Assembly: GCA_963801355.1 (NCBI GenBank)
Contig: CAWDEM010000008.1
Coordinates: forward strand, 2,304,001 to 2,368,000
Source: Ignavibacteriota bacterium
GTDB taxonomy: Bacteria; Bacteroidota; Ignavibacteria; UBA10030; UBA6906
Direction of reading: 5' to 3'
Length of the DNA: 64,000 nucleotides
Both the position numbers and the translations under genes were made by a program. Position 1 is the stretch's first letter, and each line of letters opens with the position of its first letter. This document shows, one piece after another, positions 49,486-58,292 of the stretch. The notes below the pieces were generated by a model. The model was not told the DNA's origin. It did no database searches and saw nothing but the letters and a program-made list of their open reading frames with translations.

Positions 49486-50750
49486 GGGAGCGGGGCTTTC
49501 TGCGATGGCACTGCAAGTGCCGGCCGGTCGTCGCGCCAGAAAAAACCCGGGAGCCGGTACTCACGTTCACGCTTGTCCACCATCGGTTCAGGAACGTACC
49601 GCCCTTCCACCCCGCCGACGACACGGATGGTGCTCGCCCGCCCGTCTGCAAACAGCATGACGATGCGATCTCCGCTGGCGGTGTTCAGCCCGTTGGCAAG
49701 CGAATCTTCGTACAGGCAGTAAATGCTCAGGGCACGGGTTTCGACATTAATTTGCCTGAGGGCTCTCTCATGAAACTGCATATCCAGCGTTTCCCCGGCC
49801 AGCTGGTCATACCGATCGGGGCGCAGGGAATCGCTGCGGGAGACCGCGAATGCGGACCCCATCACCAGGATCCGATCGAGGGCCCGTTGTTTGAGATAGA
49901 CGTTTATGGAATCGCCGGACAGCTGGGTTTCCCGGTACCAGAGAACCGGCGCGCGGCGGAGTTCCAGGCTGTCGCCTTCCGTGAGCAGAAGGATGGATCC
50001 CGCGCGTCCCGCAAGATCCTTCCGTACAAAGACCACGCTGTCGGTCGCGCGCAGGCGGCGCACCGTATCCTGAAACGATTCCATGACGAGGCTACGGACG
50101 ATAAGAGTATCGATCGCGCCTCCCGCCGTCGTGTCGAATTTCACCAGCACGGGCGCCACCGTGACGCGACTGGAACGTGCGATCCCATCATGGACAAGGT
50201 CACCCCCCGTCACCGTCACGGCATCCCGCTCGTTGATCACCCGCACCCTGCCTGTTGCATGCATGCGCTTGGGGTTCCGCTCGTAGGTCAGCGTGTCCGC
50301 AAACAGGAGCGCCGATGAGTCGCGCGCCACCACGTGGGAGCGGAAGTAGGCGACACGCGGATCGACATCGTAGGTTCCGAAGTCGGCTTCCAGATGAAAA
50401 ACCCCATCGTCGAGGACCACCCTCTCAAATGCCTCCGCATGCCGCGTATCGCGGTAATACACGCCGCGGGGCGCGCTGATGGTCATGCTGTCGTCCCGGA
50501 CGCGCACGTTGCCGGTCAGCACGACCTTGCCCGATGCGAGGAACTGGACCGCGCGATCGCACTGAATGATGACCTTCTCCTGAATGATCCGCACATGGCC
50601 TGACAACTCCCGGGCATCCTCACCGTCGATCACGAGGCCCAGCGCGCTGTCGGCATTCTCCAGGACGATGAGCCTGGATGGTTGCGCACCGGCATGCGGC
50701 GTGCCCATCCAGAGGAGCACAGCCACGGCACAAAGCCAGCGACTATTCAT
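49482..50750 (-). CDS. OstA/LptA-like multi-jellyroll periplasmic LPS transport protein
   Basis: Signal peptide; repeated beta-jellyroll motifs (GHVRIIQ, GNVRVRD, GRVRV); located between lptC and lptB. Confidence 0.8.
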   Translation of the reverse strand: MNSRWLCAVAVLLWMGTPHAGAQPSRLIVLENADSALGLVIDGEDARELSGHVRIIQEKVIIQCDRAVQFLASGKVVLTGNVRVRDDSMTISAPRGVYYRDTRHAEAFERVVLDDGVFHLEADFGTYDVDPRVAYFRSHVVARDSSALLFADTLTYERNPKRMHATGRVRVINERDAVTVTGGDLVHDGIARSSRVTVAPVLVKFDTTAGGAIDTLIVRSLVMESFQDTVRRLRATDSVVFVRKDLAGRAGSILLLTEGDSLELRRAPVLWYRETQLSGDSINVYLKQRALDRILVMGSAFAVSRSDSLRPDRYDQLAGETLDMQFHERALRQINVETRALSIYCLYEDSLANGLNTASGDRIVMLFADGRASTIRVVGGVEGRYVPEPMVDKREREYRLPGFFWRDDRPALAVPSQKAPLP

Positions 50751-51276
50751 TCGTCAACGCCTGTCCGGTCACTCTGTAGATGCGGTAGTTCTTGAGCGAT
50801 TGATCGCTCTCCATGCCGTGCCCCATAATGTGCTCTTTCGGAGAAACGATATCGACAAAAGCATCGGTGTGGGTCTTGCGCGTGGCATTGTTCCAGAAGA
50901 GCCGTTCTGTTTTCAGCGTCGTGCCGCTGTCGGAACGAACGGTGACATGCTCGTAGGCTTCCAGATCGTGCGTGAGGTCGTCCACCTTTCCCCGGTGTGC
51001 CGTCAGCTGCGATGTATGATTTCCCCGCTCGTCGTAGAAATCCACCCTGACACTGTCGTCCAGCATGGTGACGTGTTCGGCTGAGTACATGGCGATATGC
51101 CCCGACCAGAGGATCGCCTTCACCTGCGCGGAGTCGCTGAACACGACGGTGCTATTCCAGCTTTCCTGAGACGGAAGGGTTTGTTCTGTCAGCGGCGTCA
51201 CCGAGGGTTTGACTTTTTCCTCGCACCCCGCCAGTGAGAGCAGGAGGAAGGAGACAATGCAGGCCTGAATTCTCAC
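50743..51276 (-). CDS. lptC: LPS export protein LptC (lipoprotein form)
   Basis: Lipobox LAGC; motifs VDFYD..G, TLKTERLFW and GHGMESD; kdsD-lptC-lptA-lptB context. Confidence 0.85.
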   Translation of the reverse strand: MRIQACIVSFLLLSLAGCEEKVKPSVTPLTEQTLPSQESWNSTVVFSDSAQVKAILWSGHIAMYSAEHVTMLDDSVRVDFYDERGNHTSQLTAHRGKVDDLTHDLEAYEHVTVRSDSGTTLKTERLFWNNATRKTHTDAFVDIVSPKEHIMGHGMESDQSLKNYRIYRVTGQALTNE

Positions 51277-52268
51277 GCCCCTTCGTCCTCCCCCAGACCG
51301 GCATTGACCAGCTCGTGCAGATGGACGACGCCGACCGGAAGATGGTGTTCATCCACGACGACGATCTGTGTGATCTTGAACTTCTCCATTTCCTGGAGGA
51401 CCAGAACCGCCAGGGATCCGGAACGTGCGGTCTTGGGATTGCGTGTCATTGCCATGCCGGCGGTAATGCCCGTGAAATCGCTCGTACGCTGCAGAAGCCT
51501 CCGCAGATCCCCATCGGTGAGGATTCCCTCGAGTACCCCGTCGTGACGCACGATACAGGTGCAACCCAACCGCTTTGTGGTCATCTCAACGATGGCGTCT
51601 CTCAGGGGGACATCGCTCCGCACGCTCGGAATGGCGTCGCCGGTCACCATCAACTCGTTGACTTTGAGGAGAAGGCGTTTCCCGAGGGTGCCCGCCGGGT
51701 GATACAGCGCAAAATCCTCCGCCCGGAACTGCCTGCGGTCCAGAAGGGCAATGGCAAGTGCGTCACCGAGCACGAGGGCTACGGTGGTGGAGGAGGTCGG
51801 CGCGAGGTCGAGCGGACAGGCTTCTTCATTGACGGATGCATCCAGCGCTACCGTCGCCTCCCGTGCAAGCGTGGACGCAGCCCGCCCCGCGATCGCAATG
51901 ATGGGCACCCCCAGCCGTTTGAACATGGGAATCAGTGTGTTGATCTCATCCGTGTTGCCGCTCTTGGAGATGCAGATCACCACATCATCCGCGCGGACAA
52001 TGCCCAGATCGCCGTGCACCGCATCGGTCGGATGCAGAAAGACCGCCGGCGACCCGGTGGAGTTCATTGTCGCAACAATCTTGCGGGCGATGATGCCCGA
52101 CTTCCCGACACCCGTGATGATGATGCGCCCCTTGCAGGTGAACAGCAAGTTCACCGCACGCGCGAAATTGGCGTCAATCCGCCCCGCAAGCGCCTCCACT
52201 GCGCGGTGCTCGATGCGTACCACCTCCCGTCCCGCGTGGATTGCTTTCTCGTCTTCGGTCATGCTCAT
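51273..52268 (-). CDS. kdsD: Arabinose-5-phosphate isomerase (KpsF/GutQ, SIS + CBS)
   Basis: Motifs GVGKSG, HGDLG, SKSGNT, LAPTSST and HPAGTLG; CBS pair. Confidence 0.95.
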   Translation of the reverse strand: MSMTEDEKAIHAGREVVRIEHRAVEALAGRIDANFARAVNLLFTCKGRIIITGVGKSGIIARKIVATMNSTGSPAVFLHPTDAVHGDLGIVRADDVVICISKSGNTDEINTLIPMFKRLGVPIIAIAGRAASTLAREATVALDASVNEEACPLDLAPTSSTTVALVLGDALAIALLDRRQFRAEDFALYHPAGTLGKRLLLKVNELMVTGDAIPSVRSDVPLRDAIVEMTTKRLGCTCIVRHDGVLEGILTDGDLRRLLQRTSDFTGITAGMAMTRNPKTARSGSLAVLVLQEMEKFKITQIVVVDEHHLPVGVVHLHELVNAGLGEDEGA

Positions 52269-52795
52269 TCTTCGTGTGCCGCTCCGCGGTCCCGCTGGGC
52301 GGCCAGAATCAGGTCAATCACTTCGCGCACGGCGCCGTCCCCCCCCTTTACCGTCGTGATGTAATCCACAACTTTTCGCACCTCCGTACGGGCATTCAAG
52401 GGTGCCGCCGAAAATCCGACGGTCTTCAGCAGCGGCATATCAAACAGTTCGTCGCCGACAAAAGCGAACTCGTCATCGGCAAACCGGTATTTTGCCTGCA
52501 GCAAGCGCATTGCGGAGACTTTGTCTTCCGTTCCCTGGATGACATCATCAATGTCCAATACCTTTGCCCGCGCATCGATGATCGGCGTGGCCCGCCCGCT
52601 GATCAGACCCACCTTCAATCCGTGGCGATGGGCCCGCACCACGCCGTACCCGTCATGGGCGTGAAAGCGCTTGAGCTCGACACCGTTGGCGGAATAATAC
52701 AGGCCGCCGTCCGTCAGGACACCATCGACATCAAGGAGCACCATCCGGATACGACGCAGCTTCGCGCGGAGGACGCGCGGATTCTTTGCTACCAT
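52265..52795 (-). CDS. kdsC: KDO-8-phosphate phosphatase (HAD)
   Basis: Motifs DVDGVLTDG, FVGDELFD and GGDGAVRE. Confidence 0.93.
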   Translation of the reverse strand: MVAKNPRVLRAKLRRIRMVLLDVDGVLTDGGLYYSANGVELKRFHAHDGYGVVRAHRHGLKVGLISGRATPIIDARAKVLDIDDVIQGTEDKVSAMRLLQAKYRFADDEFAFVGDELFDMPLLKTVGFSAAPLNARTEVRKVVDYITTVKGGDGAVREVIDLILAAQRDRGAAHEE

Positions 52796-53649
52796 TGGGA
52801 TGCCAGACGATTGATTGCGGTGACCTGCCGGAGGAGCGCATCCAGCAGATCAAGCCGGAGCTGGCTTGCCGCATCGCTGAGCGCATGAGGCGGATCGGGA
52901 TGCACTTCGACGAAGAGACCGTCACATCCGGCGGCAACCCCCGCCCGGGCAATGGGAAAAATGAACTCCGGCTGACCGCCCGACCGCTGCGCGGCCGCAT
53001 CGGCACCGGGGAGTTGCACGGAGTGCGTGGCGTCAAGGACGACCGGACACCCCAGCGACCGCATGATCGGCAGCGATCGCATGTCCACGACGAGATTGTG
53101 ATAGCCGAACGTTGTGCCGCGCTCCGTCAGCACAACACGCGTGTTGCCCGTGGCACGCACCTTGTCGGCCGCGAACCCCATCTCCTCCGGCGCAAGGAAT
53201 TGCCCCTTCTTGATGTTCACCGCCTTCCCCGTCCGTCCCGCCGCCTGAAGGAGATCCGTTTGCCGGCAGAGGAATGCGGGGATTTGCAGCACATCGGCAA
53301 CTTCGGCAGCGGGCACAACCTCCGCTTCCGCATGAATGTCGGTGAGCACCGGCAGCGCGAGTTCCCGCCTCACTTCAGCCAGGATCTTCAACGCTTCATC
53401 CATACCCACGCCGGTGAATGATCCCCCGCTCGTCCGGTTGGCCTTCCTGTACGATGCCTTGAACACAACGGGTATGGAGTGCCGCGCCGCCAGAGAGCGG
53501 ACAGTCTCGGCAATCCGGAGTGTGATGTCGCGCCCCTCAACAACGCAGGGACCTGCGATCAATACCAGAGGAGATCCTGAGCCAATGCGTACGCCCGGTG
53601 CCAGATCCATGAGCTTGCGGGAGACCCTGTTGATGAAATATCCATCCAT
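52789..53649 (-). CDS. kdsA: KDO-8-phosphate synthase
   Basis: Motifs IAGPCVVE, KANRTS, PAFLCRQTD, KKGQFL, DATHSVQ and EVHPDP. Start uncertain (53649 or 53610). Confidence 0.95.
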   Translation of the reverse strand: MDGYFINRVSRKLMDLAPGVRIGSGSPLVLIAGPCVVEGRDITLRIAETVRSLAARHSIPVVFKASYRKANRTSGGSFTGVGMDEALKILAEVRRELALPVLTDIHAEAEVVPAAEVADVLQIPAFLCRQTDLLQAAGRTGKAVNIKKGQFLAPEEMGFAADKVRATGNTRVVLTERGTTFGYHNLVVDMRSLPIMRSLGCPVVLDATHSVQLPGADAAAQRSGGQPEFIFPIARAGVAAGCDGLFVEVHPDPPHALSDAASQLRLDLLDALLRQVTAINRLASQW

Positions 53650-53724
53650 GGTACAAAAATTCGATGCAACAGTCAAAGACGGTGTTTTTGTCGTCATTTT
53701 TCAGTATTCTGCTTCCATTCTTCC

Positions 53725-54567
53725 ATGATGCTCGCCCACGCAAAAATCAATCTCGGTCTGTATGTCGTCGCGCGCAGGCCTGACGGCTATCACGAGATCG
53801 AGACGGTGTTCTGCCGCATCGGGACGGCCGACCGCCTCACGTTTTCCGAAGCCCCCGACATCCGGGTAACCGCTTCATCGCAGGAGGTCCCGGAGGACGA
53901 ACAGAATATTTGCTACAAGGCTGCGCGAATGCTGCGGGACCACCTCGGCACGAAAGACGGTGTTCATATCCACATCGAGAAAAATGTCCCGGTCGGGGCA
54001 GGGCTTGGCGGGGGCAGCGCAGATGCCGCCCTCGTGCTCAATGCACTGCCGCGATTATGGCATAGAGAGATCGGGTCCGCCGACCGGGCGCGACTCGCCC
54101 TGGCACTGGGATCCGACGTGCCCTATTTTCTCTCCCCGGGAGCCGCGCTCGGCCGCGGCCGGGGTGAACGGCTGGAATATTTCCCCCTGGATATACCATT
54201 TTCCATCCTGCTGTGCTACCCGGCTATCCACATCCCCACCGCCTGGGCATACGGCCGGATCACTCCGGGGTCAACAGGGAAACCCGAAGATCTCCGCCTG
54301 GTGGTTACGGAGGGCATGCGCAATCCCGGGATCCTCCGGCAGGAGCTCCGTAATGATTTTGAAACGATAGTGTTCGAGACATACCCGGCAGTGCGACGCC
54401 TGAAAGAACTCATGCTGGAACGGGGCGCAGCCTTCGCGTTGATGTCAGGAAGCGGTTCGACGGTATTCGGACTCTTTGCCGATGCCCCTGCGGCCGCGGA
54501 TTTATCACGGGAATTGGGCGGCCGCGGTTACAGGGCATTCGTCACAGCACCGCACTTCACGGCCTGA
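53725..54567 (+). CDS. ispE: 4-diphosphocytidyl-2-C-methyl-D-erythritol kinase
   Basis: Motifs AKINLGL, KNVPVGAGLGGGSADAA, GSDVPYF, NDFE and MSGSGST. Confidence 0.96.
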   Translation: MMLAHAKINLGLYVVARRPDGYHEIETVFCRIGTADRLTFSEAPDIRVTASSQEVPEDEQNICYKAARMLRDHLGTKDGVHIHIEKNVPVGAGLGGGSADAALVLNALPRLWHREIGSADRARLALALGSDVPYFLSPGAALGRGRGERLEYFPLDIPFSILLCYPAIHIPTAWAYGRITPGSTGKPEDLRLVVTEGMRNPGILRQELRNDFETIVFETYPAVRRLKELMLERGAAFALMSGSGSTVFGLFADAPAAADLSRELGGRGYRAFVTAPHFTA

Positions 54568-54578
54568 GGCATTGCTGC

Positions 54579-56636
54579 ATGACAGGTGCATGCCAACGAT
54601 GGAGCGTTCTGGTTCTTCTCGCCGTGGTCGCGGGCTCTCCGCTCCGCGCCCAGGAGCGCCCTCGCCCGTTCCCACACACGGAGAGGTATGAAGCGAAAAG
54701 CGACACCGCACGGCCGATTCCGGCGGACTCCGGTCAATATCTTCAGGCGGACACAACGGCCCGCCCTGTGCCGGACAGCCTGACACACTATTTCCTCCCC
54801 TCACTCCCCGGATCGCTGGACCGCTGCATGGACTCCCTCGACGTCGTCGGAGCTGGTGCAATGGAGTGGATATCCGCAAGGACAATGAATCAGATCCTTT
54901 CCTCCCGGCCGGGTGTGTTCGGAAGTGATCCCTCGAGCGTGGGCCAATACTTCCCTCTGACCATCCGTGGGGCGGGATGGCGATCGTATGCGGTGCTCGT
55001 AGATGGCCGCCCTGTTGCGGATCCCGCATCCGGGACCTACAACCTTTCGCTTTTTCCGCAGGATATGGCCGAAAGGATCGAGGTCGTGACCGGCCCGCGG
55101 AGTTTCCTCTACGCCATGGGCGGTGCCGGCGGAACGGTCAACATCGTGACACATACCGCTTCACACCGTATCCCGTCCACGAAGATTCGCTACGAAGAAG
55201 CGGCGTACAATCATGCGTACTCCGACGGCTCCTTCAATCAGAACCTGACTCGCCGCAGCAATCTCTCCTTCGGCTATCAGTACATCGGTACTGACGGACG
55301 CTACCTCAACAGCCCGCACGAACAGTGGAATTTCCGCGGTGCGCTGCGGTATCATCTTTTGCCGCGGGTGAGCGTGGTCCTCAGCGATCATTATGCACAG
55401 ACGCAGACGGGGCTCAACGGCGGCATCAACTATCTGAAAACGGGATTCACCTACTCCTTTGAGCGGGAATTCGCCACCGTCTTCAGCGCCGCGACATACG
55501 AAAAACTCACGAGGCACGACCTGGACCTGCGACTCGTCGGAATATTCCTCCCGGACAGCACGGATCTCACGACCCTCGCCATGTATTATTCAAGCAACCT
55601 CCGCGAGTTTCGCGGCGGAGAAATCACCGGTGCACCCTCTCTCCTCCAGGACCATCGCAGCTCTTGGTTCGGCGTGCGGGCACAGCAATCAGCATCACTG
55701 GGCATCCACCGCCTCTCGGGAGGATTCACCGCTGAAGTCCGTCAGGTGGAAGGGAGCCCTGCCCTCGGCCGGTTGAAGAATCCCCTCTGGTCGGCATGGG
55801 CGATGGATGAAGTCGACATCACATCCGATCTGCGCGTCGCAGCATATGCCCGATCCGAGATCTTCCGTGGAGAGCATGTCGCGGGATATGGGGCGGATGT
55901 GTCGGTGGATCTGGGGGGCGGCCTCACCTTCCGGGGCGGGGGTTCCCTTGCCCAACGTGCGCCGACGTCTCCGGAACTCTTCTGGTCAGATAGCACGCTC
56001 GTTAGGGAGAATGGGATCACGACTGAAAAGCACCGGCTTCTGGAGGGTGGCGTGGAATGGACGAGCCCGGACCGTGGCACACTCCGCCTCATGGTTGCGC
56101 ACCGCACGATCACAAACCCGATCCTCACCATGCCCTATGACGGCGGCAGCGCTCCTTTTCCCGGCGTGCTGTTGCTGAATGGCCACGACCGGGTCTCGAC
56201 ACTCACGGCCGAATTGTCTGTGCAACTCCGCTTCTTCCGCTACATCACGATTGAAGGAAACGGAACCTATATGTTCCGGCAGGGTGCAGGTGTTTCCACC
56301 ATGGACTATCCGCGGTTCTGGGGGGATGGCGGTATCTATCTGGCCGGGACATTCCTCAGCGAGCAGCTCGATATGAAGGCGGGCGTACACAGCCGCATCG
56401 CGACGCGGCATAACGGGTTCCTGGTCTCCCCCCCGTCACTCTTTACGGTGCCCAACACTCTTACGCCTCTGGGCATGGGGTCGACACTCGATCTTGTCGC
56501 GGTCGCTCACATCAGTTCTGCTTACGTGCATGTCCTCTGGGAAAATGTCACAAACACGGAATATTTCACGAGTCCGTTCACGCCTGCGCTGGACCGGGCA
56601 TTGCGGTTTGGAATTTCATGGGAGTTCTTGAACTAG
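54579..56636 (+). CDS. TonB-dependent receptor-like / putative porin with plug domain
   Basis: Signal peptide; plug motifs IRG..VLVDGRP and ERIEVVTGP.S.LY..GGTVNIVT; C-terminal FGISWEFLN. Confidence 0.8.
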   Translation: MTGACQRWSVLVLLAVVAGSPLRAQERPRPFPHTERYEAKSDTARPIPADSGQYLQADTTARPVPDSLTHYFLPSLPGSLDRCMDSLDVVGAGAMEWISARTMNQILSSRPGVFGSDPSSVGQYFPLTIRGAGWRSYAVLVDGRPVADPASGTYNLSLFPQDMAERIEVVTGPRSFLYAMGGAGGTVNIVTHTASHRIPSTKIRYEEAAYNHAYSDGSFNQNLTRRSNLSFGYQYIGTDGRYLNSPHEQWNFRGALRYHLLPRVSVVLSDHYAQTQTGLNGGINYLKTGFTYSFEREFATVFSAATYEKLTRHDLDLRLVGIFLPDSTDLTTLAMYYSSNLREFRGGEITGAPSLLQDHRSSWFGVRAQQSASLGIHRLSGGFTAEVRQVEGSPALGRLKNPLWSAWAMDEVDITSDLRVAAYARSEIFRGEHVAGYGADVSVDLGGGLTFRGGGSLAQRAPTSPELFWSDSTLVRENGITTEKHRLLEGGVEWTSPDRGTLRLMVAHRTITNPILTMPYDGGSAPFPGVLLLNGHDRVSTLTAELSVQLRFFRYITIEGNGTYMFRQGAGVSTMDYPRFWGDGGIYLAGTFLSEQLDMKAGVHSRIATRHNGFLVSPPSLFTVPNTLTPLGMGSTLDLVAVAHISSAYVHVLWENVTNTEYFTSPFTPALDRALRFGISWEFLN

Positions 56637-56651
56637 CAGGGAGGGACACTC

Positions 56652-57134
56652 ATGGATACCCAGCTCACGCTCTTGCTGCATATGCTGGATGATGCGTACA
56701 ATCACAGAGCCTGGCACGGGCCTAATCTCCGGGGCTCGTTGCGCGGTTTGTCGGCCGACCAGGCGTCATGGCGGCCGGCGGAAACACGGCACAATATCTG
56801 GGAGATCACCGTCCATTGCGCCTACTGGAAGTACGCTGTACGGCGGAGGATACTCGGTTTGAAACGGGGATCGTTTCCGCTGGATGGCAGCAACTGGTTC
56901 CCGCGGCTCGATAACCTGACCGCCGACCGCTGGAAGAGCGACCTCCGTTTGCTCGATCAGGAGCATCACCTTCTGCGCGAAGTGATCGTGAAACTCCCTG
57001 CAACGCGGTTGAAACAGCGCTCGCCCGGCAGCGCGGTGCGCATCGACCACTTGATCTGCGGCGTGGCCGCCCATGATGTCTACCATGCGGGACAGATACA
57101 GCTGGTGCGGAAGCTGCAGCAGGGACAGCCCTGA
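56652..57134 (+). CDS. DinB/YfiT-like family protein
   Basis: Motifs AWHGP, HNIWEITVH and HDVYHAGQI (metal-binding His triad). Confidence 0.85.
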   Translation: MDTQLTLLLHMLDDAYNHRAWHGPNLRGSLRGLSADQASWRPAETRHNIWEITVHCAYWKYAVRRRILGLKRGSFPLDGSNWFPRLDNLTADRWKSDLRLLDQEHHLLREVIVKLPATRLKQRSPGSAVRIDHLICGVAAHDVYHAGQIQLVRKLQQGQP

Positions 57135-57141
57135 ACGGCTG

Positions 57142-58257
57142 TCAATCTCCTGCAATCCGCCTTTCGAGGAGTGCGAGCGTCCGGTCCGCGGCGGCATCCC
57201 ACGTGAACTCCTGGGCCCATCTGATCGCGTTGTGGGCGAGCCGCGCGCGTAGTGGCCCATCTTTGAGGAGGGCAATGATGGTGTTCGAAAGCCGCCGAAT
57301 ATCGCCGTACGGATAGAGGAGTCCGGTCTCGTTGTCCACCACGGCATCCCTTAATCCGGGCACGTCACTGGCAATGACGGGCGTACCGCATGCGTTGGCT
57401 TCAGTGACCGTGAGACCCCATCCTTCTTTTGCCGATGTCGCAACTTTGAACCACATTTCCTGCAGCAGCTCCACCTTCCGCTGTTCGGAAATGAACCCCG
57501 TGAATTCCACCACCTGTGTGACACCAACCACCCGGGCGACCTGCTCCAGGCGCGGGCGGTCATCGCCGTCGCCGGCAATTACCACTCTGATCGATGGAAA
57601 TTCTTTCATGACAGCAGGCAGCGCATGGAGAAGATGATCAATGCTTTTGTACTTCTTCAACCTTCCGAAGTACCCGATCAGCGGTACCGGACTCTTTGTG
57701 ATGCCGGTCTGACGGTGGACGGTGTGATCGACCGCATAGTTGACCAGCGCAACCCGTTCCGGCCGGAAATGCCGCTCCATGAGCTCGCGGTACGTGCTCG
57801 GTGACCCCACGATAAACGGGATTCCTTTCCTGCGGTAGTACCGGATGGCAGCCTGTTCAGTGAGGAAGACATATGCGCCGAGGACGGGATTAATTTCGTG
57901 GAAGACGCTTGTGCCGAACAGGTGGTGTGTCACTGCGTACAGCGGTTCCCGGACGAAGAGGGGGGTGAAGAAAGGAATCTTGTTCATATCGTCGACGACG
58001 ATATCGAACTTTTGCTTGCTGAATCGGGAGAAGTATCCGAAGGGAACGCGGAAATTGAACAGCTGCCGTCCGCCCTCGCGGCAGATATTGATACCTCCCA
58101 CGTTTTCGAAGGACGCGGCGCCTGGAAACCGGGAGCAGTAGAGCGTCACCTCGTGGCCCCTTGACGCGATCCGGGAGAACACCTCATGGAGGTGGACCTC
58201 CGCCCCGCCGGCCAACGGGTTTTTCAGATCCTGCCAATTGATGACAAGAATGCGCAC
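57142..58257 (-). CDS. Glycosyltransferase family 4
   Basis: Motifs NWQD..NP.AGGAE, GRLKKYK and EGWGLTVTEANACGTP. Confidence 0.92.
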   Translation of the reverse strand: MRILVINWQDLKNPLAGGAEVHLHEVFSRIASRGHEVTLYCSRFPGAASFENVGGINICREGGRQLFNFRVPFGYFSRFSKQKFDIVVDDMNKIPFFTPLFVREPLYAVTHHLFGTSVFHEINPVLGAYVFLTEQAAIRYYRRKGIPFIVGSPSTYRELMERHFRPERVALVNYAVDHTVHRQTGITKSPVPLIGYFGRLKKYKSIDHLLHALPAVMKEFPSIRVVIAGDGDDRPRLEQVARVVGVTQVVEFTGFISEQRKVELLQEMWFKVATSAKEGWGLTVTEANACGTPVIASDVPGLRDAVVDNETGLLYPYGDIRRLSNTIIALLKDGPLRARLAHNAIRWAQEFTWDAAADRTLALLERRIAGD

Positions 58258-58292
58258 GGAAATCCTTCTGCCGCGTGGCTCAACGACAACCG

